Assembly: GCA_964612165.1 (NCBI GenBank)
Contig: CAZTDC010000001.1
Span: 1 to 62,073, forward strand
DNA length: 62,073 nt
Direction: 5' to 3'
Source of the DNA: an uncultured Salinivenus sp.
GTDB taxonomy: Bacteria > Bacteroidota > Rhodothermia > Rhodothermales > Salinibacteraceae
The position numbers were made by a program, and so were the translations under genes. How positions within the stretch are numbered: the first letter of the stretch is position 1; each line of letters opens with the position of its first letter. Below are positions 10,549 to 19,042 of this stretch, in pieces. A model generated the notes under the pieces. The model was not told where the DNA came from, searched no databases, and worked only from the letters and a program-made list of their open reading frames with translations.

Positions 10549-11310
10549 TCACGGTTCAGCCGCACGCTTTAGTGGCGTAGACGTTGTCCTGATCGTCTCG
10601 TGCGAGCCGTACAGGAGGAGCAGGATGCCTTTCACAACCAGGAGATTGGTCATGAGAAAAAACGTTGCTTCCTCGACTGGAAGACCGAAAGGCGAAAATC
10701 CGAGTGTGTACTTCGAAGAGATCGTCCAGATCTCTGTCTTGATGGCTATTGCATCTCCAACCCACAGATACATTGTTGGAAATCCTACTGTATAGAAGAG
10801 TGTTGATCGGTGCGCCCAGAGCGTTTTGCCGTCGTACAACCACATTCCAGCGAGGAGGGGAGCTGACCATGCGAGTACAAGTCCCATGTAGAGGCCACGA
10901 TTCCAACCACTTGCGAGAAGACTCGCACCAACGAGTGTGAGTGCAAGAAACGCAAGGAATCCTCCCCATGCACTCCTGGGACGCGCGTCTCTCGGTGCCA
11001 GTTTCCACCGTGCCAGGTATTGGAAAAAGAAGAGTCCTGTGAGTACCGGCTGGAGGACGAAGAAGAGATATTCCTCGATGGGGACGAAACCAACTGTTGC
11101 CCAGACACGGTTGGGACCATACCACCAGACCTCCCGTGCGACAAGGTAGTTGTCCCACGGGGTGGTGTACGAAAAGGCCATAAGGGCAATAAGTGGGACC
11201 GACCATTGTGCTCGCCATCCTCCCATCTCGCTCAACGGCTGGGGAAGCGTAAGTCCCATCAGGAGAATGGGCGGGAGAATAAAGATCAAGTGGAACTCCA
11301 GGTAGGACAT
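10549..11310 (-). CDS. crtY: Membrane-type lycopene beta-cyclase (two lycopene-cyclase repeats)
   Basis: MSYLEFH start; two repeats of PWDNY/GDAIAI...W...P(I/V)EE..FF; lies between crtO and xanthorhodopsin. Confidence 0.88.
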   Translation of the reverse strand: MSYLEFHLIFILPPILLMGLTLPQPLSEMGGWRAQWSVPLIALMAFSYTTPWDNYLVAREVWWYGPNRVWATVGFVPIEEYLFFVLQPVLTGLFFFQYLARWKLAPRDARPRSAWGGFLAFLALTLVGASLLASGWNRGLYMGLVLAWSAPLLAGMWLYDGKTLWAHRSTLFYTVGFPTMYLWVGDAIAIKTEIWTISSKYTLGFSPFGLPVEEATFFLMTNLLVVKGILLLLYGSHETIRTTSTPLKRAAEP

Positions 11311-11356
11311 CGTATCACCAAGGAAGTCGCGGAGGTAGGTGGAAAGAAAGAATCCA

Positions 11357-12880
11357 TCACGCCAGGTCCTTTAGCATCCTCCGTGCTGCATTTCGGCCGG
11401 AGGCTCCCATGATGCCTCCACCAGGATGTGTGCTGGCTCCAGTCAAATACAGATCTTCGACGGGTCCCCGATAGGAGGACAGCCCAAAAGTGGGTCGCGC
11501 TGCAAACATTTGGTCGAGACTCATCTCCAGGTGCATCACGTTGCCGCGGTAGAGACCGAGATGTCGTTCCAACCAGGCGGGATGCTGAAACAGCTGGCCT
11601 ACAATGTGGTCCCGGATGCCGGGCGCATATCTTTCGAATTGTGATATAAGCCGATCAGCAACGGTGTCGGCGATTGCGTCCCAGGAGCGATCGTTCGCGA
11701 GCTCGTACGGAAAGTACTGGCCCCAAATCCAGAGCACCTCGCCGCCAGGTGGTGCAAGCGTGTCATCGACGGCGCTAAACGTCATGGCCACTAGCGGGGG
11801 ATCGCCTGAGGGCTGGTTTCCGAGAAACTCTCCGTACGCAGTGCGCAGCTGAGTGAGGTCGCGACAGAGCAGCTGGAGGCCAACCCGGGCATCATCTCCC
11901 GGATGTGCCGTGTACTCAACGGGTTCGTCGAGGGCAAGACGGAGCATGGCCCCGAAGCCATTGCCCACGCGGAGGCTGTCTGCGCTGTCTGGCCGGTATT
12001 TCCGGGGGAGCAGGTGATCAAAGGTTTCTTGTGCGTGAGTGGCCGCACAAACGATTCGGCTCGTGTACACGTCATCGTACACGCGAACGCCCTTCGTACG
12101 TCCGTCCTCGACCAGGATCTCTTGTACGGGGGCCTCGGTGTAAACATCGCCCCCGTGCGCCTCAATGTGAGCCCGAAGGGCTTGGGTGAGCATCCCGGAG
12201 CCTCCTTCAGGTCGTGCCACCCCACCGTCGTGATAGAGGGCATGCCACAACGCAAAGGGACCTGTAAGCGGCTCAGTAGGGGGCGGTCCCGATTGCGCCG
12301 CCATCCATGCAATCATTGTCTGGAGCTTTTCTTCGTCGAAATATGATTTGACGACGTGCTCGTAGGGGCGCAAGATCTGGCGAAGCTCGTCCTGCCAGGG
12401 TAGGGAGGAGCTTTCCCCAAAAAGCATCCGCTTGCCGATTTGCAAGGGAGAAGGGGTGGCCAAAAACACATCGCGCATCGTACGGGCGAATCCGCGCCAG
12501 TCCGTTACAAAGTTGTGGTAGGCCTCGCCCTCTCCTGGAAACAGGGACTCGAGATGATTGGCGGTCCGGTCAAGATCGCGGTACATAAACACCGTGTCCC
12601 CGTCCGGAAACGGCGAAACGAACATCGGGTCGAGTTCGATGTACTGAAGACCATAGTTTTCAAGCTCCAGTTCCTGAACGACTGGTGTCTGTCGAATCAA
12701 AATGTGAGCACTTCCGCCAAGATCGACCTGATATCCCGGGAACAGTTCTTTGGTGGATACGGCACCGCCGACAATGTCTCGTTTCTCGAATACACCCACG
12801 CGGTACCCGGCTTGCGCCAAATATGCACCCGAGATCAAACCATTGTGCCCGGCACCGATAATGATTGCGTCGTATTCCAT
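11357..12880 (-). CDS. crtO: Beta-carotene ketolase CrtO (phytoene desaturase-like FAD oxidoreductase)
   Basis: IIIGAGHNGL FAD motif right after the ATG at 12880; C-terminal LYLTGASTHPGGGIMGASGRNAA; known synteny with crtY and XR in Salinibacter. Confidence 0.8.
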   Translation of the reverse strand: MEYDAIIIGAGHNGLISGAYLAQAGYRVGVFEKRDIVGGAVSTKELFPGYQVDLGGSAHILIRQTPVVQELELENYGLQYIELDPMFVSPFPDGDTVFMYRDLDRTANHLESLFPGEGEAYHNFVTDWRGFARTMRDVFLATPSPLQIGKRMLFGESSSLPWQDELRQILRPYEHVVKSYFDEEKLQTMIAWMAAQSGPPPTEPLTGPFALWHALYHDGGVARPEGGSGMLTQALRAHIEAHGGDVYTEAPVQEILVEDGRTKGVRVYDDVYTSRIVCAATHAQETFDHLLPRKYRPDSADSLRVGNGFGAMLRLALDEPVEYTAHPGDDARVGLQLLCRDLTQLRTAYGEFLGNQPSGDPPLVAMTFSAVDDTLAPPGGEVLWIWGQYFPYELANDRSWDAIADTVADRLISQFERYAPGIRDHIVGQLFQHPAWLERHLGLYRGNVMHLEMSLDQMFAARPTFGLSSYRGPVEDLYLTGASTHPGGGIMGASGRNAARRMLKDLA

Positions 12881-13108
12881 GTGTGGAGCGGATCGGAAGG
12901 TGGGGGCGTAAATCTTGCGTTTTGTAAGATGCAAATCACTCCCGCCAAATCGAAAGGAGGGGTACGTCATTTTCACGCCCTTGATCAGGAAATTTCCGAA
13001 ACCGTTGAGCCTGTTGAGCGTGAACATTAAGCAACGGTGAAGGACGTTCGGTTTCCGATCGATCGTTCTTGATCAGTCCCGCTCTTGAACCATGTCATAG
13101 GGCATATT

Positions 13109-13339
13109 ATGAACTGGATCTATCAAGTACTGAGTTTTTTCGTGGCCTTCGGTCCGGTCATTCTGGGAACGTTGCTCTGGCACTTTATCTGGAGCGACGA
13201 TTCCGACTCATCAGGGGGACCGCCGGGCGGTCCGCACTGGAAGCCCGCTCCTCCGCCGCCGTCTCTGTCTGGGGATCGTCTCCCTCGTCACGATCGTCCC
13301 GTGCGCTCTCCAAACATGCCCACTCGAGAACACTCCTGA
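13109..13339 (+). CDS. Small single-TM protein with Pro-rich tail
   Basis: Hydrophobic N-terminal helix then a GGPPGGP/PPPP tail; stop lies 3 bp before the cyclase ATG. Confidence 0.5.
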   Translation: MNWIYQVLSFFVAFGPVILGTLLWHFIWSDDSDSSGGPPGGPHWKPAPPPPSLSGDRLPRHDRPVRSPNMPTREHS

Positions 13340-13342
13340 CCG

Positions 13343-13966
13343 ATGGCTTTGATCGACATTTCTCGGCCGCTTTCACCCGCAACTGCCGTGTGGCCCGGGG
13401 ATCAGGAGGTACAGTGGACGTGGACGGCTCAGCTCGAAGAGGGAAGCACGGTCAACCTGGGAGCTCTTCGCCTCAGTGCCCATGCCGGAACTCACGTCGA
13501 TGCCCCGTACCACGTGCAGGAGGGGGGAGGCACGACGGATGCCCTCGACCTGTCGGTGTTTGTGGGGCCGACCGCAGTGATCAACGTGGAGGGGGCATCT
13601 CAAATCCGGCCGGAGCACGTTTCTGCGATAGAAGTGCCCCGGGTGTTGTTCAAAACGGATGCAAGCACACTCCCCACTGAGGAATGGCCGGACACAATCA
13701 CGCCTGTCGCGCCTGAAACCATCCGTGCACTCGACGAGAAGGATACTGTCCTTATCGGAACGGACGCTCCGTCGGTCGATCCCTTAGACAGTACTGATCT
13801 TCCGGCGCATCACACCCTCATTCAACACGACATTGTCAATCTTGAAGGACTAAGACTAGCTGATGTGGAGCCAGGTCGGTATCGTTTGATGGCGCTTCCC
13901 TTACGCATTCAAGGAGGGGATGCTGCCCCTGTTCGTGCTGTACTTGAGGATGTCTCCCCAAACTAG
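13343..13966 (+). CDS. kynB: Cyclase-family hydrolase, kynurenine formamidase-like
   Basis: HAGTHVDAPYH metal motif, IGTDAPSVD, LEGL, GGDAAPVRAVL. Confidence 0.8.
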   Translation: MALIDISRPLSPATAVWPGDQEVQWTWTAQLEEGSTVNLGALRLSAHAGTHVDAPYHVQEGGGTTDALDLSVFVGPTAVINVEGASQIRPEHVSAIEVPRVLFKTDASTLPTEEWPDTITPVAPETIRALDEKDTVLIGTDAPSVDPLDSTDLPAHHTLIQHDIVNLEGLRLADVEPGRYRLMALPLRIQGGDAAPVRAVLEDVSPN

Positions 13967-14076
13967 ATGTCAATTCAGCTCTGTGGGGGACACTTTTCAT
14001 ATGTTTGACCGAATTGGTTGAGCATCGCCCTTTACACTTATCGACGATTCGAATAACCAGCTGATTCCGACGCTTT

Positions 14077-15300
14077 ATGGATCTCTTCAACCGTGATGAA
14101 CTGCGCCGTCTGGCAGAACTTGAGGACGAGGTTTGCATCTCGCTCTACCTGCCGACCTACCGGAACGAGTCAAACTGGTCGCAGAACACGACTCGACTAA
14201 AAAACCTGCTGCGTGACGCCCGAAATCAATTGCGAGATCAAGACTATCGGGAAGATAAAATCGACGACATTCTGGCCGAAGCCCGACAATTGCTCGACCG
14301 GCCCGGATTTTGGCGGAAAAATGTCAGTGACGGCCTCGCTCTGTTCATCACCTCCGACACGACGGAGCTCTATCGGCTCCCGCTGACGTTCGATGAAGTG
14401 GCGATAGTGGGAGACCGGTTTCATCTCAAGCCTCTTTTTCCGCTTATTGCCGCCAACAACCGCTTCTATTTGCTGGCACTTAGCCAGAATGATGTTCGGC
14501 TTTACCAAGGCACGCACCAGTCGATTAATGAGGTCGAGGCCGCCGAAATTCCGGCCGACATCGTTGAGGCGATCCAGCAGTTTGAGGATCCGGAGAAGCA
14601 AATACAGATGCACATCCAGAATCGCACGGCTCAGGCCGATGGGGGGTCCCGTATGGACGCCTCACATCACGGTCACGGGGGAGGTGATGCCGACGACATG
14701 AGCGGGGAGCCCCAAGATGAACTCAAACGTTTCCTCCGAAAAGTGGATGACAGTGTGAGTGACTACATTGGAGGAGAGGAAGTCCCCCTCGTTCTTGCTG
14801 GTGTCTCTGAGTATCTCCCTCTATACCGGGACGTCAACAGTTATCCGCACTTGATTGAAAATGAAATTGCCTCCGGCAACCCGGAATCTGTAAGTGTGGA
14901 TGATCTTCACGAGAAGGCCTGGACGATCGTGGAGCCTGTCTTTATGGAGGCAGAAGAAAAAGAGGTCGATCGATTCGAGCAGCTCTATTATCAGGAAGAG
15001 GACATGGCCTCCGACGACTTCAACGAAGTCTTGCCCGGATGTGCATACAGTCGGGTGGACACGCTCTTTGTCCCAGTGGGAGAGTATCGATGGGGGCGGT
15101 TCGACCCGAGTACTAACACCGTACAGGTGCACGAGTCTCAGCAACCGGGGGATGGGGATCTTCTCAACTACGCCGCGGTCACGGCCTATCTGAACGGAGC
15201 AACTGTTCATGCACTGCGTCCGGAAAATATGCCAGGTGGCAGGAGCATCGCCGCGACGTTCCGCTATGAGGCGAACGTTTCGGCCCAAGAAGGCAGTTGA
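14077..15300 (+). CDS. Bacterial archaeo-eukaryotic release factor-like protein (baeRF, Balon-like)
   Basis: CISLYLPT...RLKNLL, GLALF, GDRFHLKPL, YLLALSQNDVRLY, PLVLAG, GNPE, RVDTLFV, DLLN...NGATV; no GGQ motif. Confidence 0.75.
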   Translation: MDLFNRDELRRLAELEDEVCISLYLPTYRNESNWSQNTTRLKNLLRDARNQLRDQDYREDKIDDILAEARQLLDRPGFWRKNVSDGLALFITSDTTELYRLPLTFDEVAIVGDRFHLKPLFPLIAANNRFYLLALSQNDVRLYQGTHQSINEVEAAEIPADIVEAIQQFEDPEKQIQMHIQNRTAQADGGSRMDASHHGHGGGDADDMSGEPQDELKRFLRKVDDSVSDYIGGEEVPLVLAGVSEYLPLYRDVNSYPHLIENEIASGNPESVSVDDLHEKAWTIVEPVFMEAEEKEVDRFEQLYYQEEDMASDDFNEVLPGCAYSRVDTLFVPVGEYRWGRFDPSTNTVQVHESQQPGDGDLLNYAAVTAYLNGATVHALRPENMPGGRSIAATFRYEANVSAQEGS

Positions 15301-15330
15301 AGCCTGATATAAATCTCCCGCATCAAACTT

Positions 15331-15363
15331 GCCGCCCGCATGTGTTCAAAACATGCAGGCGGT
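15331..15363 (+). terminator. Hairpin after the baeRF gene (putative terminator)
   Basis: CCGCCcGCATGT-GTTCAAA-ACATGCaGGCGG stem with a weak U-tract. Confidence 0.45.
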
Positions 15364-15374
15364 TAGGATTCTGT

Positions 15375-15402
15375 ATTCGTGATAATTTTTATTCTCAATC
15401 CT
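15375..15402. other. dif-like tyrosine-recombinase site A (degenerate)
   Basis: ATTCGTGATAA-TTTTTA-TTCTCAATCCT (11-6-11); its left arm is an inverted copy (1 mismatch) of the right arm of site B. Confidence 0.45.
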
Positions 15403-15427
15403 ATATTTGATACTCAGTTGGCTATTG

Positions 15428-15455
15428 AATATTTATAAAATGTGTTATCATGAAT
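15428..15455. other. dif-like tyrosine-recombinase site B (candidate chromosomal dif or recombinase operator)
   Basis: AATATTTATAA-AATGTG-TTATCATGAAT shows the ATAA-N6-TTAT core of dif/Xer sites; 11 bp upstream of the recombinase ATG. Confidence 0.6.
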
Positions 15456-15466
15456 CAAAATGATCT

Positions 15467-16378
15467 ATGTCTCTACTCGGCCGTTTTCTTGATCAGATCG
15501 ATGCAAAGCACACTCGACGTGCCTACCGGACTGATTTGAGCGACTTCCTGGACCGCCGTCTTGGAGACGACGAGGCAGGGCGTCTCTCACGGCTCACAAG
15601 AGATGACGTACGCTCGTACGTTCAGTCGCTTCAGTCTGATGGGTTGTCGGAGTCGACGCAGCGACGGCGATTATCTGCCTTGCGACGATTTTTCGACTGG
15701 CTCATGGATCAAGGCCATATGGAGCGAAATCCGGCACGAGCTTGCCAAATTGAATTGGGGTCGGCTTCAGGCGTAAACAGCAAAACGGGTACTCAACCGT
15801 CGTCGGTACTGTCCAAGGATGAAGTGGAGTCATTGATCGCGGCGACGAGCGACGCTGGACAGGCAGCTGTTCGGGACCACGGGTTGTTGCTTACAATTCT
15901 CTATGCGACGCTTCGCCGAGCTGAAGTTGCAGCGATGGACGTCGAGCACGTTCGACCGCTCGGGCGACACTGGGTCATCGATTTGCCAGCGGGCGACGCC
16001 TGGTCCAGCGCCTACGTGAAGATCCCAGAGGCCGTCGTAGAGGCGATAGAACAGGTCCAAGCCCGGTATGACATCGAAACGGGCGCGCTTTGGCGGTCTC
16101 TCAGCAACCGGAACCGTGGCAATCGCATGACCCCCGACGCAGTCTATAAGGTCGTGCGCCGAACGGGCAAACGAGCGAACCTCGGTGATGTCACGGTTGA
16201 GACCATTCGCCGGACGGGGCTGCGCCTTGCAATGGATGCGGGAGCGACAATGCAGCAGGCCCAACTGCACGCCCGACTCCAGTCGACGGCCACACTCGAA
16301 CGACTTGCCGAGGTCGATCAACGAAAGAACCGACTCAGCGAAAGCGCCGTTGACTTCATCGATCTCGACCTTGGCTAA
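15467..16378 (+). CDS. Xer-like tyrosine recombinase with degenerate catalytic residues
   Basis: N-terminal core-binding domain (TRRAYRTDL, STQRRRLSALRRFF) and box I LRRAEV present; box II reads VETIRR...ARL...TLERL where HxxR...LGH...Y is expected. Confidence 0.85.
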   Translation: MSLLGRFLDQIDAKHTRRAYRTDLSDFLDRRLGDDEAGRLSRLTRDDVRSYVQSLQSDGLSESTQRRRLSALRRFFDWLMDQGHMERNPARACQIELGSASGVNSKTGTQPSSVLSKDEVESLIAATSDAGQAAVRDHGLLLTILYATLRRAEVAAMDVEHVRPLGRHWVIDLPAGDAWSSAYVKIPEAVVEAIEQVQARYDIETGALWRSLSNRNRGNRMTPDAVYKVVRRTGKRANLGDVTVETIRRTGLRLAMDAGATMQQAQLHARLQSTATLERLAEVDQRKNRLSESAVDFIDLDLG

Positions 16379-16458
16379 TCAACCGTACAATTTCGGAGCC
16401 TGTGGGATTAATTATCGACGAGATCGTCGATGGAATGCTGCCTAACGGCCAAAAAACG

Positions 16459-16486
16459 ACGAAACAAAATAAACGTTTTGTTTCGT
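16459..16486. other. Perfect 11-6-11 inverted repeat (recombinase core-type site)
   Basis: ACGAAACAAAA-TAAACG-TTTTGTTTCGT between the two recombinase genes. Confidence 0.7.
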
Positions 16487-16567
16487 TTCTAACATGGATC
16501 TGCTAGAGCGACCTACAGGCTCGGATGTGCGGTTCATGCGGCCATTTGCCCAAAACGACGTCCTCTT

Positions 16568-17680
16568 ATGTCTCAATCCAATTCCGGGTCGAAGCACTCG
16601 ATCACGAACGCTGAGGTCGATGGATCCACCGACCTCTCCACGACGACCGATCGCATGCAGAGCGAAGTCACTCGTCGAGATACGGAACAGCTTCCGTTCA
16701 ATGCGCCCGAAAACGATGCGGGTTCGATTGACTCCGATCAGACCCTCGTCCGCCGCTGGCTCGCAGAAAAGAGCCCAGGAACGCAGGACGAGTATGCAAG
16801 GGATCTCGAGCAATTCGTCGACTTCGTCGATCTTCCGCTCCGGTACGTAACCCTAGGCCACCTCCAGGCCTACCGCGAGCATCTGGACGATCAAGGATAC
16901 GCCAAGTCGACCCAGAAACGGAAGCTTTCAGCCGTTAAGAGTATTTTTACGTTTGGGACAGAACTTCGGTACTTCGCACACAATGTCGGAGCAGCGTTGT
17001 CGACACCGCAGGCTCGAAATAACCGCGCCGACCGGATTCTCTCCGAGGCGGACCTATGGGCAATCCTTCGTGACGAGAAGGATCTTCGGAATCACGTCCT
17101 TCTCCGACTCTTCTATGCCTCTGGTGGACGCGTGTCTGACGTCTTGGACCTGCGATGGCAAGACCTGAAGGATCGCCCGGATCTGGAAGGGCCTGACGGT
17201 CGCCCCGGTGGCCAAGTTACTTTTTTCGGCAAGGGAGACAAAACGAGAGCCGTTTCCTTGTACAGTAAGGTCTGGAGTCTCATCGTACGACTCCACGAAG
17301 AAGAACAAGAAGACGGTTTTGGGGCGCCCGATGATCCCGTTTTTCGATCTCAAAAAGGAGGCTGTCTCTCGCGGACCCAAATTTGGCGGATTGTGAAGAA
17401 AGCCGCGACCCGGGCGGGCGTCAAGCTCAAAAAGAAGACGCGTGATGATGGCGTCGTCAAACGGGACGCGGACGGAGAGCCCATCATGGTTTCCCAGGTC
17501 TCGCCGCACTGGTTTCGTCACGCGCACGCGTCGCACGCCCTACAGAAAGGTGCTGATTTGGAGCTGGTTCGCGAGACGCTCGGGCATGAAAGCATCGAGA
17601 CGACGAAAACGTATCTCCACGCCCAGCCCGGCAAGTCCTCATCCTACTACGTGGACGACGCTCCGGACTACGACGGATAG
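16568..17680 (+). CDS. Xer-like tyrosine recombinase, catalytically intact
   Basis: SGGRVSD (R), GKGDKTR (K), PHWFRH (HxxR), LGHES (H), TKTY (Y). Confidence 0.93.
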   Translation: MSQSNSGSKHSITNAEVDGSTDLSTTTDRMQSEVTRRDTEQLPFNAPENDAGSIDSDQTLVRRWLAEKSPGTQDEYARDLEQFVDFVDLPLRYVTLGHLQAYREHLDDQGYAKSTQKRKLSAVKSIFTFGTELRYFAHNVGAALSTPQARNNRADRILSEADLWAILRDEKDLRNHVLLRLFYASGGRVSDVLDLRWQDLKDRPDLEGPDGRPGGQVTFFGKGDKTRAVSLYSKVWSLIVRLHEEEQEDGFGAPDDPVFRSQKGGCLSRTQIWRIVKKAATRAGVKLKKKTRDDGVVKRDADGEPIMVSQVSPHWFRHAHASHALQKGADLELVRETLGHESIETTKTYLHAQPGKSSSYYVDDAPDYDG

Positions 17681-17699
17681 CGGACCCAAGATGGAAAAT

Positions 17700-18599
17700 T
17701 CACAGCCTCCCTCCTGGTTGTAGAGCCAACACATCCAATTGGTGCGCAACATAGATCAGTTCGCCAGCTTCAATTTGACGACGACGCTCCTCAATCCATT
17801 CGGCGAAAGCACCCGAATCGAGAGCGGGGTGGTCTGTGAGTTCATCCTCGACGAAATGCAGGACGTGGTGGAGAAAATACGCTTCATCTTCCGGGTATCC
17901 ATCCTTCCCGGCGAATACGACCCAGTCCGACGATCCAGCCTCCAGCAGATTGGCTCCCTCCATCCGAAGACGCGTTAGAAGACGACGGCCAGTATGCGCA
18001 CCATCGTGGCCCTCCGGCTCCTTTGCCGCCATACTCTGGTGGTACAGGCGCTCGATTTGCGCGTCCAGCTTCGAGTCGAGCGGAGGTTCGAAAGCGGTCA
18101 CGCCGTCGAAATGGATTGGCAGGTACCAGAGTCCGTCTTTGGCGAGGAGCGGTCGTAACGCGCGGAGAGCCGCCGGTACGGATAGCAAATCGAGAATCGC
18201 TTGCCCAACGATCACATCATAGCGTCCTTCTTCCGCGTTCGCCGCAAAGTCGAAAAGATCAGTCGTTTCGAATTGAATAGAGACCTCTTGGGAGCCTCCC
18301 TCCCGGGTACGCTCAGTGGTCAATGGGCCCAGCCGCTCTCGTGCTGCACCAACGTTGTCGGGGTTCACATCAACGAGCGTGTATTCGACGATTCCTACGT
18401 CTCGATCGTCCAGCGCCTTAACGATCCGCTCCAGTGTCGCACCTATCCCGCCTCCCACTTCCAGAATTCGAAGAGGTGATTCTCGTCTGGCAGCCAACTG
18501 GACAAAACGGGTCCACACCCGTCGGTTCAGCGCTCGCTCATCAACAGAACGCTTGGCGCTGAGATACCGGGGATAGGTGTACGAGTCCGGTTCAGGCAC
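17700..18599 (-). CDS. Class I SAM-dependent methyltransferase
   Basis: ILEVGGGIG motif I, LVDV, DLFD, YDVIVGQAILDL. Confidence 0.85.
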   Translation of the reverse strand: MPEPDSYTYPRYLSAKRSVDERALNRRVWTRFVQLAARRESPLRILEVGGGIGATLERIVKALDDRDVGIVEYTLVDVNPDNVGAARERLGPLTTERTREGGSQEVSIQFETTDLFDFAANAEEGRYDVIVGQAILDLLSVPAALRALRPLLAKDGLWYLPIHFDGVTAFEPPLDSKLDAQIERLYHQSMAAKEPEGHDGAHTGRRLLTRLRMEGANLLEAGSSDWVVFAGKDGYPEDEAYFLHHVLHFVEDELTDHPALDSGAFAEWIEERRRQIEAGELIYVAHQLDVLALQPGGRL

Positions 18600-18641
18600 A
18601 ACAAGAGAATTGCGTTCGCGACAAGACGGAGAATAAAGGAA

Positions 18642-19013
18642 CTACGCCGTATAGGAGGCCCAAGCAGTGTCATCCTCCCAGATACGGACGGTCAGTTCAT
18701 CGAGAGACCCGGTTGGCAAACGATTCTGTAGGGCATTACAACAGATCCGAGAGAAGTGCTCAATGCTAGGGTTTAGACCAGCAAACTCCGGAAGATCATT
18801 TAGCGTAGCGTCCCGGTAGCGGTCAACGAGATCATCGAGAGCCTCCTCTACTGCCACAATGTCGATCAGATATCCGTGCTCATTTAAGCTCTCTCCCTTC
18901 AAAACCACCTCAAGTTCAAAGTGATGGGAATGCCACTCATTTTCCGAGCCACTATTAGGGACGGTTAGGTAATGTTGAGCAACGAAGGACCTTCCTACCT
19001 GAAGTTTATACAT
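18642..19013 (-). CDS. 6-pyruvoyl-tetrahydropterin synthase/QueD family protein (PTPS-IV-like)
   Basis: FVAQH, WHSH, GYLIDI, LNDLPEF...NPSIEH and IWE T-fold motifs; no active-site Cys before the HxH. Confidence 0.85.
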   Translation of the reverse strand: MYKLQVGRSFVAQHYLTVPNSGSENEWHSHHFELEVVLKGESLNEHGYLIDIVAVEEALDDLVDRYRDATLNDLPEFAGLNPSIEHFSRICCNALQNRLPTGSLDELTVRIWEDDTAWASYTA

Positions 19014-19028
19014 CAGTTATTGGTACTT

Positions 19029-19040
19029 TGCAATAACGGA
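19029..19040 (-). repeat. Copy of recurrent 12-mer TCCGTTATTGCA
   Basis: Exact TGCAATAACGGA on the + strand, in the short gap between the MDR and PTPS genes. Confidence 0.8.
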
Positions 19041-19042
19041 GG

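Noticed and set aside
12881-13027. N-terminal extension of CrtO in the ORF track (also for pruA, lolC/E, addA, addB, rodZ-like)
   Set aside because: Family motifs begin at downstream start codons; the extensions look like open non-coding sequence
12881-13108. CarH/LitR light-responsive operator near crtO (GTTGAGC twice)
   Set aside because: Only two short repeats at 9-bp spacing, which does not match the 11-bp repeat pattern
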